Assembly: GCA_039096225.1 (NCBI GenBank)
Contig: JBBPEB010000017.1
Coordinates: forward strand, 806,001 to 870,000
Length of the DNA: 64,000 nucleotides
Reading direction: 5' to 3'
DNA from: Blastocystis sp. Blastoise
Taxonomy: Eukaryota; Protista; Bigyra: Opalinata
Within the stretch, counting starts at the first letter, position 1. Each line of letters starts with the position of its first letter. Shown piece by piece: positions 29,798 through 47,800 of the stretch. A program made the translations under genes and the position numbers. Below the pieces are notes generated by a model that saw only the letters and a program-made list of their open reading frames with translations, ran no database searches and was not told the origin of the DNA.

Positions 29798-31618
29798 TTA
29801 TAATTCTTCTTCAGTCTTAGCTTCAGTTTCTTCTTTAGGTTCTTCAACTTCAACAGAGTTTTCAAGAACGAATTTCTTCATAGCTTCAGCACTTCTATCA
29901 CCTTCATAAGACATAACTTTAGAAGATCCAGCAGGGAAGAATTTGATAGTAGGGAAACCACGGATTTGAACTTCAGGATGATCAACTTCATTAGCAGTAG
30001 CATCCATTTCAGCAATGATAATATCCTTTCTATCAGCAAGAGATTTAGCGAGTTCAATATAAGCAGGAGCAAGAGCCTTGCAGTGACCACACCAAGGAGC
30101 ATAGAATTTAATAAGGACATTCTTAGTTTCATCTAAAGCAATATCATTGAAGGATTTACCAACAATAGTATAAACAGGACCATTTTGAGTTTCAGGAATA
30201 GGTTCAGACTTTAAGAAAGGAGTAAGTTTACCAAGATTGTAATTGTTTACAAATTGATTAAGTTCTTCTTCAGTAAATTCACCTTCAAACTTATATTTCT
30301 TCATACCACCTTGAGTATTTTTAATCATAACTACAGCAGGAAGTTCAGCAAGAGTAACTCCAAAATAATCCATTAAACGAGTATTTTCAACAGGAATAGA
30401 AACAAAGAATTCTTCACCTTGATGAGCAGCAGAAACCTTACTGAAAGTATTTAATTCTTCTTTACCTTCTTCATCATCTTCAGCAAAGATAATACATTGA
30501 GATTCAATACCACTAGAAGGACTAAAGATCTTACGAGCATTCTTTTGATTGAAAGGAATAACAAGAGGTAATTCGTGTTTATGAACAAATTTAGAAATAG
30601 TTTCACTAGTAAGATCACCAGTAAGAACAGCACTTAATTCATCAAACTTCTTGTTAACAACAATAGTATTAACATCAGCGATTAATTATATATATATTAT
30701 TATTATTATAAATTATGAATAGAGAATTAATAAAATAAAAAATAATCATAAATTTATGATTCATGTAAAAAAAATAAATAGATCTATATACTTGAGCACT
30801 AATAGCAGGATCAACAACATAAGCGAAAACTAAATCATCAACAGTAGCAGCAACATTAAGATATTCCTTTAAACATTCAGATTCTTCAGCACAATGAGCA
30901 ACGAAAACTACATCATTATCAGCAGTAAGTTTAACTAATTCTTCAGCATCTTCAATCTTCTTACCAATAGGACCAGACTTACGAACAACAAAATCAACAA
31001 TTTCCCTAAAAATAATATTATAAAATTAATAAAATTGCTATAAATAATGTATTCAAAAATATATATATATATATAAATCTATTCAAAATAAAAGAATAAA
31101 TATAAAAAAAAACATACTTAGCAACACGACCACCTTCATAATCAGAAATAGTTTCACCACGGATGAATTTAAGAGTAGGGAATCCTTGAATTTGATATTT
31201 ATTGGAAAGCTTGGGGTTAGAAGTAGCATCAACCTTAGCAATCTTATAAGCAGGTTCCATACCAGCAAGAGTCTTAGCAGCAGCAGCATATTCAGGAGCA
31301 AGTTTCTTACAATGACCACACCACTATATAGAAATAAACAAATAGTAAGAAATGCCAATTAATACATGAAATAGATCATGTACATATGAATCGATTATAT
31401 GTAATTATAGTTTTTTTTTTATAATGCAAAAAAGAAAAAAATAGAAAAAGTCTAGGTTAAATTTTACATACAGGAGCATAGAATTCAACAAGAAGAGATC
31501 CAAATTCTTCAACAGCAGCATCAAAAGTACTATCGTTTAAAACAATAACACCATCTTCTTCAGGATAGCTTTGAGCAAAAGCTAAAGCAATGACAAATAA
31601 TAAAGCAAAGAACTTCAT
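29798..31618 (-). CDS. PDI: Protein disulfide isomerase (a-b-b'-a')
   Basis: Signal peptide [15 protein letters not shown], two APWCGHCK thioredoxin sites, GFPTLKF/GFPTIKF, C-terminal EEEL retrieval-like signal. Confidence 0.96.
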
Positions 31619-32620
31619 CTAAACAGAGAATAATAAGGTCTACTCAAATAATAGATATAGATAAAACATACTTTTAACAACAAATAATAATAAAATAATG
31701 AAGGCAATTATTTATTTTTAGAATGTAATATGTTTTTTTATGTAAAGTGATTTTCAATTATAACAATTATATCTGTTTTCTTTCTTTCCAAAATCACGCA
31801 ACATTCGATACGTCTTCTTCCAGAATATCCTCTTCCTTTGTCAATTTTTTTGCGAATAATCATGATTCTTCCGTTTGAATTGCTTTATTTTTAAAATAAA
31901 ATTTTTCTTCGCTTCACAGAAGAAATTATAAAACAAACAAATCTTGATTTTCGCTAGAAGTACACCTTTGTTGCCACAAATAAGTAAAATTATTCATTTG
32001 TCAGTAATATTCGTTTGATTATAACAATCTGTATGCAGATGACTTTCATTTGCATAAAACTAAATCAAAATAAACTAGACATTTTGACTCATTATGATCA
32101 TTTCATTGTTTGATTTTATAGAGTTTGTACTCTCTTATATTGTCTTGAGCGATTTAAGGATGATCAGTATTCTCTAATCAAAAATAAACACTACGAAAAT
32201 TTTCAAAAGCATTTTTTTTCTGTTATTATGGACAACAGAAGCCATGAAAATGTTTACCAAGTCTTTAAATATGTACTCTATATAATGAATAAAGAAAAGT
32301 ATATCATTACAATGAAGAGATTGAAGTGACTTTTGTTAAAATTTGAGTGAAACTATATAGAATACCCTAGTTAATTAAAATAAATTCAAAATATATTTTT
32401 GTATAAATATATAATGAATTAGGGTATAACTTTTGTAAAACTATTTTTTTTAAATAAAAAAGCGAGTGTTTATAATAAATAAATAAAACAAAACAACATT
32501 TGTAAGATAATACAAATAGAGATAGAAAATCAATATAGCTATCTTTTATAACAGATAAGATACCAAAAAAAAAAGATGATAACAAAAACACAATAAATAT
32601 ATATATAAGATGAAAAAAAT

Positions 32621-33272
32621 TTAAACACCATGAATGATAATATCATCTTCATGATTAATTTCTTCGTGAATGAGGAATTCATGAATATCAGCTCTGTGAT
32701 CACCTTGTAATTGAATAATTTTACCAGCTTCTTCATCTTCTACAATAGAGCCATTACATTTAAAGGTGTTTTTCCATGCTTTGAGAATTTTCTTTAAATT
32801 CAAATCTGTGGCTAAACCTTGAACAATGGTAATACATTTACGGCCTCTTCTTTGTTGAATACGAAGATCTAAAAGATTCAGTTAAAGGAAATAAATAAAA
32901 AATTATAAATATTTTATTATTGTTATATCATATAGAACTATTTATCAATCTATTTTATATATTATTCTATGACACTAAGCGACAAGAATAAATACATATA
33001 TAAATAAATTCAATAGTAGAAAGAAAAATCAATAAAAAAGAAAAATGTGACTAAAATATTTATATTTATAAAAAGGATACGAACTTTTTCATGACTAACT
33101 ACATGGATAGGTTCAACCTCATCTAATGCTCCTATAAAGAAAGAAAATAAACAATGGTAAATCGTAAACTATATACCAGCAGAACTTTCAAAGTTCAATA
33201 AAGTGAGTTGAGGATCTATAGTGATATTATTTTTGAGAATTGAATATTTGAATACATACCTTCTTCAGTCAT
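32621..33272 (-). CDS. EIF1: Translation initiation factor eIF1 (SUI1), 4 exons
   Basis: LRIQQRRGRKCITIVQGL...KAWKNTFKCNGSIVEDEEAGKIIQLQGDHR...IIIHGV*; short 5' exons from ATG 33272. Confidence 0.95.
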
Positions 33273-33698
33273 TCTAATAAACTAATAAAATATTCCATTC
33301 ACTCATTTTCTTTTCTTTTCCCCATGATTTTATCATAATGAAAAAAATGTTATGACTGAAAAAATAGTCAGCACTAAGCTGAATTTACTCAAAATTATGT
33401 TTATATACAAAAAATTATGTTTATATACAGTATTGAAAATGTAAATGAATTTATCTAATTTAAACAATGAATTATATTTATACTATTAAATTAAATATAA
33501 TTGAAATAGGATAAAATGATACAAAACAAATCATGAATATACAAAACGAAGAACATGAACAAACAAGAATATAATTAATGAAAAAAGTTAAAAAGCTAAT
33601 ATAAGATTTATAAACAAAATATTTGAACAAATAAAAGAACATAAAATGAAATTAATTATACATATATTAGTATAATGTGACAAAAATATAAAAATAAT

Positions 33699-34310
33699 TT
33701 ATTGTTTTGATTTTTCATTTGTTTTAGCTACTTTCTTAGGAGTTGTCTTTTTAGGAGTAACAGTTTTCTTAGGAGAAGAAACTTTCTTAGGTGTTACAAC
33801 TTTGGGTTCTTCCTTTTTTTCTTCTGTAGGTAGTTTATAACCTTCAAATGAATAATCTATGCCTAATTCTTTTAATTTCAGACGTTTCTTTTCTTGTTTG
33901 GAAATAAGAGATTTTACAGATTTCTCAACTTGTTCAGGAGTCTTCTTTTTATTCACTGATTCCTTGTGTTTTTCTAATGTGTGAAGATCAGTTGGCTTCT
34001 TATTGGCACCATAAAACATCTTTTCATGAATATTCTCAGGAGCAACAACATGACAAGATAAACGATGCTTGAAAAGAATATAATCATTTAAAGTATCTGC
34101 TACAATAGCAGCGACTTCAGGATCTTTGAATTGAACGAAAGCATAATGTCTAGAATGACCACTTTTCTTATTTCTTGAAATTCTAAGGTTCTTTATTTCA
34201 CCAAATTGATCAAGGAAACGTCTCATTTCATCTTCGTTAAATCCATCAGGTAATCTACCTAAGTAAATAACATTAGATTGTGAAGGAGTTGAAGTTGTTG
34301 CTGTAGACAT
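33699..34310 (-). CDS. NIFK: Nucleolar RRM protein NIFK/Nop15 (60S biogenesis), intronless
   Basis: VIYLGRLPDGFNEDEMRRFLDQFG, LRISRNKKSGHSRHYAFVQF, VADTLNDYILFKHRL, KLKELGIDYSF. Confidence 0.92.
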   Translation of the reverse strand: MSTATTSTPSQSNVIYLGRLPDGFNEDEMRRFLDQFGEIKNLRISRNKKSGHSRHYAFVQFKDPEVAAIVADTLNDYILFKHRLSCHVVAPENIHEKMFYGANKKPTDLHTLEKHKESVNKKKTPEQVEKSVKSLISKQEKKRLKLKELGIDYSFEGYKLPTEEKKEEPKVVTPKKVSSPKKTVTPKKTTPKKVAKTNEKSKQ

Positions 34311-35020
34311 TTTTTATGATGAAATATATGCAAAGAGAAAAAACAAAACCAGTCACATTTTTCTTTGTTTTTTTTTATATTTTTTTTATTCATGGTTATT
34401 TCTATAATATGGCCATGCTTTATTTCCAGGGAAAGCCGAGAGTGATGTTTAGGGTTTCTTTCATTTTTATGATCTCTAATTATTTTTAACATAAGGTACA
34501 ATATTCATAGACTTTTCAATTTAGAGGACCATTTATTATTCATATGTCATTATTAGGTAAAGGAATATTTTATTTATGCTAATTTTGTCTTTAATAGGTA
34601 GGAGATAATTTCGTTGTAGACATTAAGATAAACGTTTTGAATAGGGATGTTTTATTCATGATGGTTCTCATTATTTACTTATATATTTTTTTGAATTATG
34701 AGTTATATGTGTTGAATTCTATTTTAAAAGAGAAATTAATAGTTTGAGAACTTTTTTTTTGCTCTATATATTGTGATGTGCTTGATATCGTTGCTAGTTG
34801 AAAACTAGGAGTAAAATCATGGATTATTTTACTATATTAGAATCATATAGTATTGAAAATATTTAATGACTCGAATTATTTCTATTAGAATATATATTTT
34901 TGGTGATATATATTTGAATATTTGAGATATTATAGTTTGTACAATAAAAAAAAACGATTTTACATTTCAAATGATATTTTATAAACATAGAAAAAAAACA
35001 ATTAATAAAAATAGTCAATT

Positions 35021-35445
35021 TTATAAAGAGAGTATACAATCTAGATACTTTGAGACAGATATTGATAATGACTTTCTCTTTTCTATATGTATATATGAAA
35101 TATATTGTATAATGCATATAAATTTTATAATATTTATGAAAAAAAAATATATTATAAGTTTTATTCTATTGAAAGAATAATATAATAATAAATTATTTTT
35201 ATTGAAAAAATAATATAATAATTTTTTTTTATTGAAAAAATAATATAATAATAAATTATTTTTATTGAAAAAATAATATAATAATAAATTATTTTTTATT
35301 GAAAAAATAATATAATAATAAATTATATATACGTATAATAAGTTTTTGATATTCTTGGTCCATATTTGACTTTGGAAGTAGGGGAATAAGACGATCAAAT
35401 AATTCAAATAACTGATCAATTAATGTTATAGGAAGAGATGTTGTC

Positions 35446-35511
<66 letters not shown>

Positions 35512-37173
35512 AGTATATATATACATTAATTGAACCATAATTTACATGTTGTTCATATAAATCGACCTATAAATATTATTATGATTATGATAATGCTTAT
35601 TATTATTATTATGATGTTTATTATGATTATGATAATGCTTATTATTATATACAAAATTAGCAGCCTCAATGATGCGTCGATAACGAATGCACGTGCTTAA
35701 AATGGATCGAATAGACGGAGAAGATGGGAAATCAGGTATAGTAAGAGAGAACCATGCAGGTAAAGGATAATCAGGATAATGCTCAAAATATTCTTCAAGG
35801 AATAGCACTTCTGGTTCTATAGTATTTTGATTATTTGAATTGATTGTCTATATAATAATTATAATAGAATAATATATAATCATCATCATATTAATATGAA
35901 AATAGAATGAGTAGAAAAAAAATAAATACCTTAAATAAATGAATAATAACCGTGGGAACTGGCGATGTTTCAGTCAAATGTTCTTCTTCATTCGATATGA
36001 AATAATGAATATCTTTTGTAACATTAAAGAATCGTTTCAATAAGAATCGAATGATTGTACGGATACTATTCTTAATGGAAATAGTACGTTTGGATACTTC
36101 CCATGTAGATATAGAATATAATAATTCAAAACATTGATCATATTTATATTCCTACATATATAGGAGTCAAGAATAGTATAGAAGAGTATTATATTATATA
36201 ATAAATATTATATGGTGAAATATAATGAGTATTATTATTATTAGTTATATTATTATGAAGATTATGATTATATATATATTCGTCTAATAGATCAATTAAA
36301 AGAGTGTCTACGGATTTGAATTGAATTGGACCACCAGCCACGTGCTTGCGATAGATGAACTCGAAATAATAACGAGAGGCAGAAGAAGACTATATAGAAT
36401 AACTCTAGTGATAACTCTAGTAATAATAATAAATATAAATATAATAAGTATAATAATAATAATAATAATAAATATAAATATAAATATAAATATAAATATA
36501 AATATAATAATAATAATAAATACAAGTGACTGACATATAGAGTAAAGAAGAGTGTAATAAGTATCCAGTTTGCGGATGAAATCGTCTGACTTCGGCTGAT
36601 TCTCTGTTTCAGTCACTAAACGAATAATATAATCCAACATGGTATTATATGCCATCTGTACATTCTTATACTTCATATAGAGAAGAAAGAGGACAAGATA
36701 TGTAGAGGGACTCAACAAATTATAGACTCCATTTTCGCGGGAAACAACAGGGGATACGCGGGCATTTTCAGCCAATTCACAGTATATATAAGGTAACAAT
36801 TCCTATATATAAATATATATAGTTCGATATAAAAATATATATAGTTCTCTACATAAATATATATATAGTTATATATACTCCAAAATTTGATTGTTTAATA
36901 AATTGTTGTTGCTTTGATTTTAAAACTTGATATACAAAAGAATGTATATATTTAGATATATCCCCACGGGGATAGAATAATTTGAGAGATATTAAAGCAT
37001 TTGAGTAATCTTCCAAATTGAGATAGGAATAAAATAACTATATATATATATATATAGTTATATATGTAAAATACATTGGTATTTATTCTTAAAGAAAGGT
37101 CTGGAATAGTATTCTCCTGAAATTGAGGGTCCTGAGACAATAATAAATAATGATTATAATATGTAATCACTTG

Positions 37174-37253
<80 letters not shown>

Positions 37254-38022
37254 TATAATTCTTATGGAAGAATAAGTTGTCGATGTAGTTACAATATAAA
37301 TCACCAATATTAATATCCTATATATATAGTTATATAGTTATATATATATAGTTATATAGTTATATATATATAGTTATATAGTTATATATATATAGTTATA
37401 TAGTTATATATATATAGTTATATAGTTATATATATAGTTATATATAGTTATATATATATAGTTATATACCTTCTTAGAGAATGTGATATACAGATCCAAA
37501 TAAAATAACGATAGGAATGCATAATCATGAGTAGAATCATCAAGATTTGTTCGTTGCAAATAAAATGACGATATATACTTATATAAAACACAAAGATCAT
37601 CATGAATATCTATATTCATGATTAAATATAACAAATAAGATTCCAAACGACGGGAATAAGTGAAATTTACACTATTTTGCAGTAAATAATCGTAGAAATT
37701 CTATATTCATATAATATATCACATTAATTACAAATAAAGTATATAATTAAATATATATATATATATACCATAAATATAGTGTCACCTATAGGATGATGAC
37801 AGAAGAAAGAACTCAACAGATATATATGCATTGTAGAAGGGATCTATAACCGCGGTAATACGCATTATAATATATATATATATATACATATGTATATTTC
37901 TGGAGATATTTATTTATGAAAATACTTGTATAATGACTCAAAAGTGAATACTTATAATAAGGAGAAACAGGAAATTCATTCTTAATATAACGACAAGACG
38001 AAAGGAAAGATAAACTTTGAAT

Positions 38023-38108
<86 letters not shown>

Positions 38109-38630
38109 AAGAATTGAATAAAGTAGATTTTTAAGATTTGTTGAGATTTCTAATACTTGTTGTGTATCTTTATTTTCTTCTTGATTCCCACGGGAAAACG
38201 AAGAATTGATAGTACACACAGTAAGGAATAAAGAGAGGAACTGGGGAAATAACGAGTAACACGTCCAAAGGCCGTTACGAATCACACTGTGTGATAAAAT
38301 AGGTGACGCACTCAGCACGTGACCGGATACAGGTAATGGCACTGCAGGATTTCTAAATTGATCTACGTATTGATATAGTTGTGGTAACAGAGTTAATAAA
38401 TTATGAGTATTTCCGATAATCGCAGTTATTTCATTATAAACACGTTCTGCTTCCATATCTCCCACGGGAATCAACTCCTTTCGTAAATAAGAAGATACAA
38501 CCTCCTATATATATATATAATATATATTATATACATTATATATATATATACATTAACAAGTGTGATTGTAGATGTCCTCCTTTTTCTATTCAGAGGCAGG
38601 ATGGTAAGAGATATATTCAAAGAAGAATTC

Positions 38631-38672
<42 letters not shown>

Positions 38673-38843
38673 TTGTATTTGAAATGAGAAGCAGAAGGAG
38701 GTATTTATAAACGAACGAAGACTCTTCTCCAATAAAGAATCTATATATATAATAAGAAAGAGAAAGAACGATTATATATATATATAATAAGAGAAAGCAA
38801 AGAATGATTATATATATATATATAATAAGAGAGAGAAAGAATG

Positions 38844-38878
<35 letters not shown>

Positions 38879-39362
38879 TTTCAACAGGATAATAACCATA
38901 TTCGTCCGTTAAAGATAAAACAGATATCACGTGATCTCGTAACATATATAATCCATTCAGTGACGCACCTTGGAACACAATTAATTTAGAGGGTATAAGG
39001 TATTGTTTATATTGGTTTATCATATCTTTCAGTATACTATTGTATCTATATATATAGTTTGTTAAATAACTAGTAATTTCTTGTGTTATTTCTTCTTTTA
39101 GAACAGCATCAGCGTTTGTACCCATAGAAGGAGAAATATAGAGATCCCCGTGGGAAAACTGAGATAAATGGGAAGGACATGTTGGGAAAGAAGAAGATAA
39201 ACATTTATGAACATTTAAATGCGTAGGAATAATGGGTGATCCATGAAGAGTAGAAAAATAATTCTCTAAAAATGATTGGTCGAATCGTTCTCCGAAGATA
39301 TAATCATAGAACGCGTCATCAATTGCATTTGTCATCAATTCAACAGAATCCAACTATATGTA

Positions 39363-39394
<32 letters not shown>

Positions 39395-39758
39395 CTTCTT
39401 GTTTGAATAGTTCAGGTAGAGATATTTTCCAGTTATATATATATGTATCGAATCGATTATCTATTAATGGCTATATATATATATATATATATATATATTT
39501 AACGAAAATATATCTATAGAATATAAAGAACATATATATATACTATAAGAGTAGCTTGATAGGATTGATTAGTTTCACGGGAATCAACAGTAGTTACAGT
39601 TAAATATGCACTTGAATCAAGATTATTATGGTAAAGAATAAATAACTCGGAAGTATCTGAAAAGAAGGCAACATCCTTATAATAATACGCGGGAGCTGTG
39701 GCGGGAAATGGAAGGGATAAAGGAGGTATATATGTATACTATATATATATAAATATAA

Positions 39759-39823
<65 letters not shown>

Positions 39824-40294
39824 CGCGAGGAAGTGTGGGTCGTTGAATAGTATTAAGGAACGTGAGAGACGGAGAAGGAGAAGGAGAGAATGTATATAAT
39901 AAACATAGGGATAAATTGTTATCCATAAAAGTGACACAAATAGTGATAAGATATTGATTGTTAACGTAATTAAACGACTTTATAACAGCTGATTCAAGTA
40001 AGGCTTTCGGTCTTAGTTGACATATACTATATATAATAATGAATATAATAATAAATATAATAATAAATAGAATAATACATATATATACCTTTTCAAATAG
40101 AGTATTACTTGATGTTTAAAAAGTGAATATATATAAATTGATTGGTTATTATAGACACTGACAATATACGCGTCATTCTCGAGTGTTGGCGGGAAAGGGT
40201 TGGCTGAAGACGTAGGTATATATGTTGCAGAGAGGAGAGTAGAAGGTCTCTGGAAATATTTGGCGGGAAATAGAATATATATGTAATAAAACAG

Positions 40295-40349
<55 letters not shown>

Positions 40350-41395
40350 GTGTAATCCACATATATAGAGGAGACAGAGGTGTTATATCCTTTGGTATAT
40401 ACACAGGAACAGCAGTAGTAGTAATAATATTAGTATTATTATTATTAATATTAATAGTATTATTAATACTATTAGTATTATTATTATTATTAGAAGAAGA
40501 AGAGAGAGTATATATATATTGAGAGAGATCGGAATAACCATAAAAATAATTCATTCCATCAAGTATTAAGAACTATAAATATATAAATATATATAAATAT
40601 AAATATATACATAAATAAAAATATAAATATATAAATATAAATATAAATATAAATATACTTTTTGAACTTTCGTTTTTGGAATCTTTTTTGAAATAGTAAG
40701 AGAAGGATGACACGCTCTATGTCCACGTGCTAATTCACGTAAATATGTCACACTAAATTATATATATATATATATATATTAATTATAGTATAACATAAAC
40801 TATTCATATATATACTTTTTTTCTTTATATAGAGTATTTTGGAAGATATAAGAATAAACAGATTCTATATATATATATATAGAAAGAGGGAAAAAATAGA
40901 GTTATATATACGGCATGTATGAACATATAATTTTAAGGACACATTATTCATTGTTATTTGAATACCATTCTTCAATATAATTGCTATATGATTAATTAAT
41001 ATATGATAGTAGCACAATATACAGTCAAAATCTAGTTGTATTGTATGTGTTTCCATACTGGAGTATAAATATTGTTCAGAGAGAATTAAAGAATTGCCTT
41101 TTGTTTTCCACATTACAATAATTCTAATAATTAGATTCAATAAAAAACATAATTTATATCATAAACAAACTATATACCCCTGTTGATCGCAAAAAGAATT
41201 GTTGTATGTGGATGGAACAGTAACAAGACCAGAATCGTCTTCAAGAATATCTGTGGCATAATAAGATTCTATTCTTTTAGCGTCTTCATCGTTGTTCATA
41301 ATTGTTTGAAACTTTGTTTCTAAGGATGAAGAGAATTTCTGACTTGGTTTTGACAAATCAAAGTTAAACGACAAGAACTCTTGATAGCGATTCAT
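35021..41395 (-). CDS. NUP160: Nucleoporin Nup160/Nup120-like, many exons
   Basis: C-terminal motifs LAENAR...LYMKYKNVQMAYNTMLDYIIRL, LPAWF...RYRRIIEAANF and LPITLIDQLF match the Nup160 tail as I recall it. The last exon ends at TAA 35021. Not every internal junction was checked. Confidence 0.72.
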
Positions 41396-41648
41396 CTAGT
41401 TGATTGTAGAGGTTAAGTGATCATATAATATACTTGAATAAATAATGATAAGCCCACAAATCGTTTAAAAGAAAGTTTAAGATTTTTTTCGTTTTTTTAC
41501 TTATAGGAAGGACAAATTCATGAAATTTGGGTTATTTTAAAATACAATAAGTTTTATGACTTTCTATAAAACCTTAGTTATTTAAGATGTATTCTATTAT
41601 TTGATTCTATTCTCATTCTATATTTAGAAGACAAAGGAATAATTGGAA

Positions 41649-44357
<2,709 letters not shown>

Positions 44358-44776
44358 AAATATGTATTCCAATTTATATATATATATTCTTTTTCAAATT
44401 ATTTTATTTTCAATTTTTAATTTATTATTCATATTCAAAATTGGTCAGTGTTTTCTTTTTTTTTTAATTTTTTTACTTATTTTTTTCATCTTATCTACAT
44501 AAAATATATATATATATTCATTATTCGAAACATTCAAAGTATAAAATATATATAATCAATGCATACAACTTAATATCGTTTTAACATTACCAATCAAATA
44601 ATCATTTTTTTAGTTAACTCATATAAATCGTATTACCCTCTTAATATATATATCAAATATATATATTTTTTAATAGTTTTCTAACTAGAATACCAAAAAA
44701 AAGAAATAAATGAATAAAGGACAACATATCCATAAATCAAAGAAAAACATAAAAAATGAGTTCAAACTAAGAATCA

Positions 44777-44786
44777 TTCACGGGAA
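44777..44786 (+). promoter_or_regulatory. TTCACGGGAA candidate original DBP7 promoter element, displaced by the hAT insertion
   Basis: It would sit 58 nt before the DBP7 ATG if the element and one TSD were removed. Confidence 0.45.
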
Positions 44787-44816
44787 TTTTTTTTCAGTTT
44801 ATCTGGTTTATTTTTT

Positions 44817-47800
44817 TAGAGACTTCAAATTTCCCTGGGGAACCATAACTGGAACACAGTATTTTGAAAAAACCCATAACTATATGTTTTCTTACATAAC
44901 TGGGCTGTTTAATTGAGTATTTTACAATAAAAACACTTCCAATATGTTTGTTTGATATTTTTCGATCATATAGTGAAACAATAAATAATTTTGCTCATAT
45001 TCCATTATAAGATCACAACAATGTAAATTACAATTTGTTCCAAAAAATATATTTAATCAAGTTATCATTATCTAAACATAATAGTCAATAAGAAAAAGAC
45101 AATTACATATTAATTAACAAAGGAAAAAGAAACAAAAGTTATTTAGATTTTAACATACTAAGTACCATTTCTTCGTTTCGAGAAATATATGTTATACCAC
45201 AAAATTTCTCAGATTTCATATTCGTATTTCTACCGTTATCTAATAATCCACTGTAACTGAAGACACGCTCATCTCCTATTTCAGTTGCTGGAGGTGATAA
45301 AAATCTTGATAATATACGTATAACATTCTCATCATAAAAGAACTCATTAAAATATAAATCAAATGAGAAGTAGTACTTTATATCAGAATCAATATTAAAC
45401 TTTTTTTCTGATGTAAATAGTTCGCATTCTGGTATAGTAAATATTTGATTATCGTCTTCATTATCATAAGAATCACTTGTTCTCTTATAAAACTCATAAA
45501 ATTCTTCATCACTACTACTAAGTTCTTCTTCATCAAGAATACTATTATTATTACTATTCGAACCAACAGAACAGTTAAAGTATTTTTCTCTTGCATTAAA
45601 AAGAGAGGTTTCAAATTGTAGATCATCATAATCATCACAATAATCATTGTTATCAACTATATCATCATTGCTTGTAATATTGTTATTAATAGATTCAAGT
45701 GGACTTACCTTGTCTGTATTTAATATCGACACAGACTTTTCTCTTCTCGAACGATATTGATTAATATAATCATTATGATTTGTAGCATCTGATAAGAAGA
45801 AGAATTTAACACCTCTATCAACAAGTTGAAGATATTTTTCATCACGTTTATCAAATTCACATAATAGAATTTCTGATATTGGCACAATATTTTTATCAAC
45901 ACATGCATTACGAAGTGTCTCAATCTTTTTTATTACGATTTCTACATTAATACTCTTTTCGTAACATAAAGTATCATTCAATACCTTCCTCCATTTCTCT
46001 ATCTCAGGACAAATAGATGATTCCTTTTGATTATTATCATAACTACATTTCATAATGTTTGATAGAAATAGATATAGAGAACTAGAACATGATAAAAAAT
46101 CAAGTTGATTATTATTATAATAGAAATTGCCAGTTCCAATTCTTCCAAAATCATATCTAACACTTTGAACAAATTCATTAATACAAATAAATGAAGACTC
46201 ATATCCAATAACATCAGCTGGACTTTTATTAAACATATTAGACAATTCATTAATGAATGGAAGAATTAAATGAGCTGTAGGCTTTGAATAACAACTAAGC
46301 ATTAAATGACTTTTATTTAATGCACATAAATAAGGAATAAATGAGCAGAATTCACATATTAACGAATTATCATATATGCATTTGTTTTTAATGTTATTTA
46401 GATAACTAATAGCATAAGCTCCATACTGATAAATCCATTGTAAAGGTGCCAAAATACTGTAGAATCTTGTAGGACAATCAAGACATGGTTTTCGTGGTTT
46501 AGTACCAGTAATAGCTTGAACACATGTGCAAAAACCATCATAATTTTTGTTTAATCTTATCTCTTGAATCAAGGATCTAATTTTAGCGAATAATTCTTTA
46601 GTATTTGGTTTCCCAATTGCGTGTGTATAGACAGTATTCAAGAAGTGAGAGAAGCAATCTATTTTAATTAAACCAAAATGGTTATTCGACGAGAACGCAG
46701 CATTATAACCTTGGGCTTTATCAGTAGTAACGGAGACTAAATTATTATTAGGAATAATTTTATTTAATGATTCTAGTATATCTTGTGCAGTAGACGATTT
46801 AACGGGTAATAAGGAATACAGGCCACTATGATATCCATCTTTATCAAAATAGTAATAATTCCATGATATAATCTTCTTATTATGACGTGACCATATGTCA
46901 GAGGATAATGAATAATAGATTACATTCTTCAGCTGTTCTTTAATATACTCTTGTAAGTCAATAGTAAGACTATTAATGACAATAGTAGCTCTATAATAGC
47001 TAATAAAATTCAAGTATTGTGTACTATCAGGTATTTTCATAATTTGAAATGAGATTCGGTTCTTACACATAAATAATACACATTCAGCATCACTAATAGA
47101 ATATTGAGGAGACAGTGTAATAGTACATCTTCTTTTTCCATTTGTACTAGATATAGTTTTATTTGACTGCATAGAGGGATGACTTGGATATAGTTGTAAA
47201 GGACGTTTTGGAGGAACAGTAGTTGTTTGCAAGCAAACTATTTCATTTTCATCATCATCATCTTCTTCTAACTGTTTTTTCTTATTGCAGTACATTAGTA
47301 TAGAGTTTCTATTTTCATTGGGTAACTTATCGCTGTGAAAGCCATCAAAGTATTCCTGAATTGTGCCATACTGTTTGAAAATACCAAGCTTCATTCCATG
47401 CATTGCTCTTAAATGCTTTTCAATAGAAGCAGATTGAAGGCAGCCATTACAGTCACATTTAATTTTGTTTCCACATAATAAGCAAATTCCATATAATCTT
47501 CCAATCTTTGTTAACCACATGTCAAAGTTTGTTGGAACCACAAATAAATATGCCAAGCTCGTGATATTAGCCAATTTGTTATGACCATATAAATAAGCAC
47601 CATAATTCTGATTTTTTGGAAAAACAATACTTGTTTCATTCTATAACAATTAATGTTTTATATAATAACAACATGAAATCATCTATAAATTTAAATATAT
47701 ACTGTATTTTCTAAAAATGTTGAAAGAAGAACAATCATCTTTCTTAATGAGCAACAATATTTGCCTGAAATTGCTTTTACTTCGTTTATTATAGCCATAT

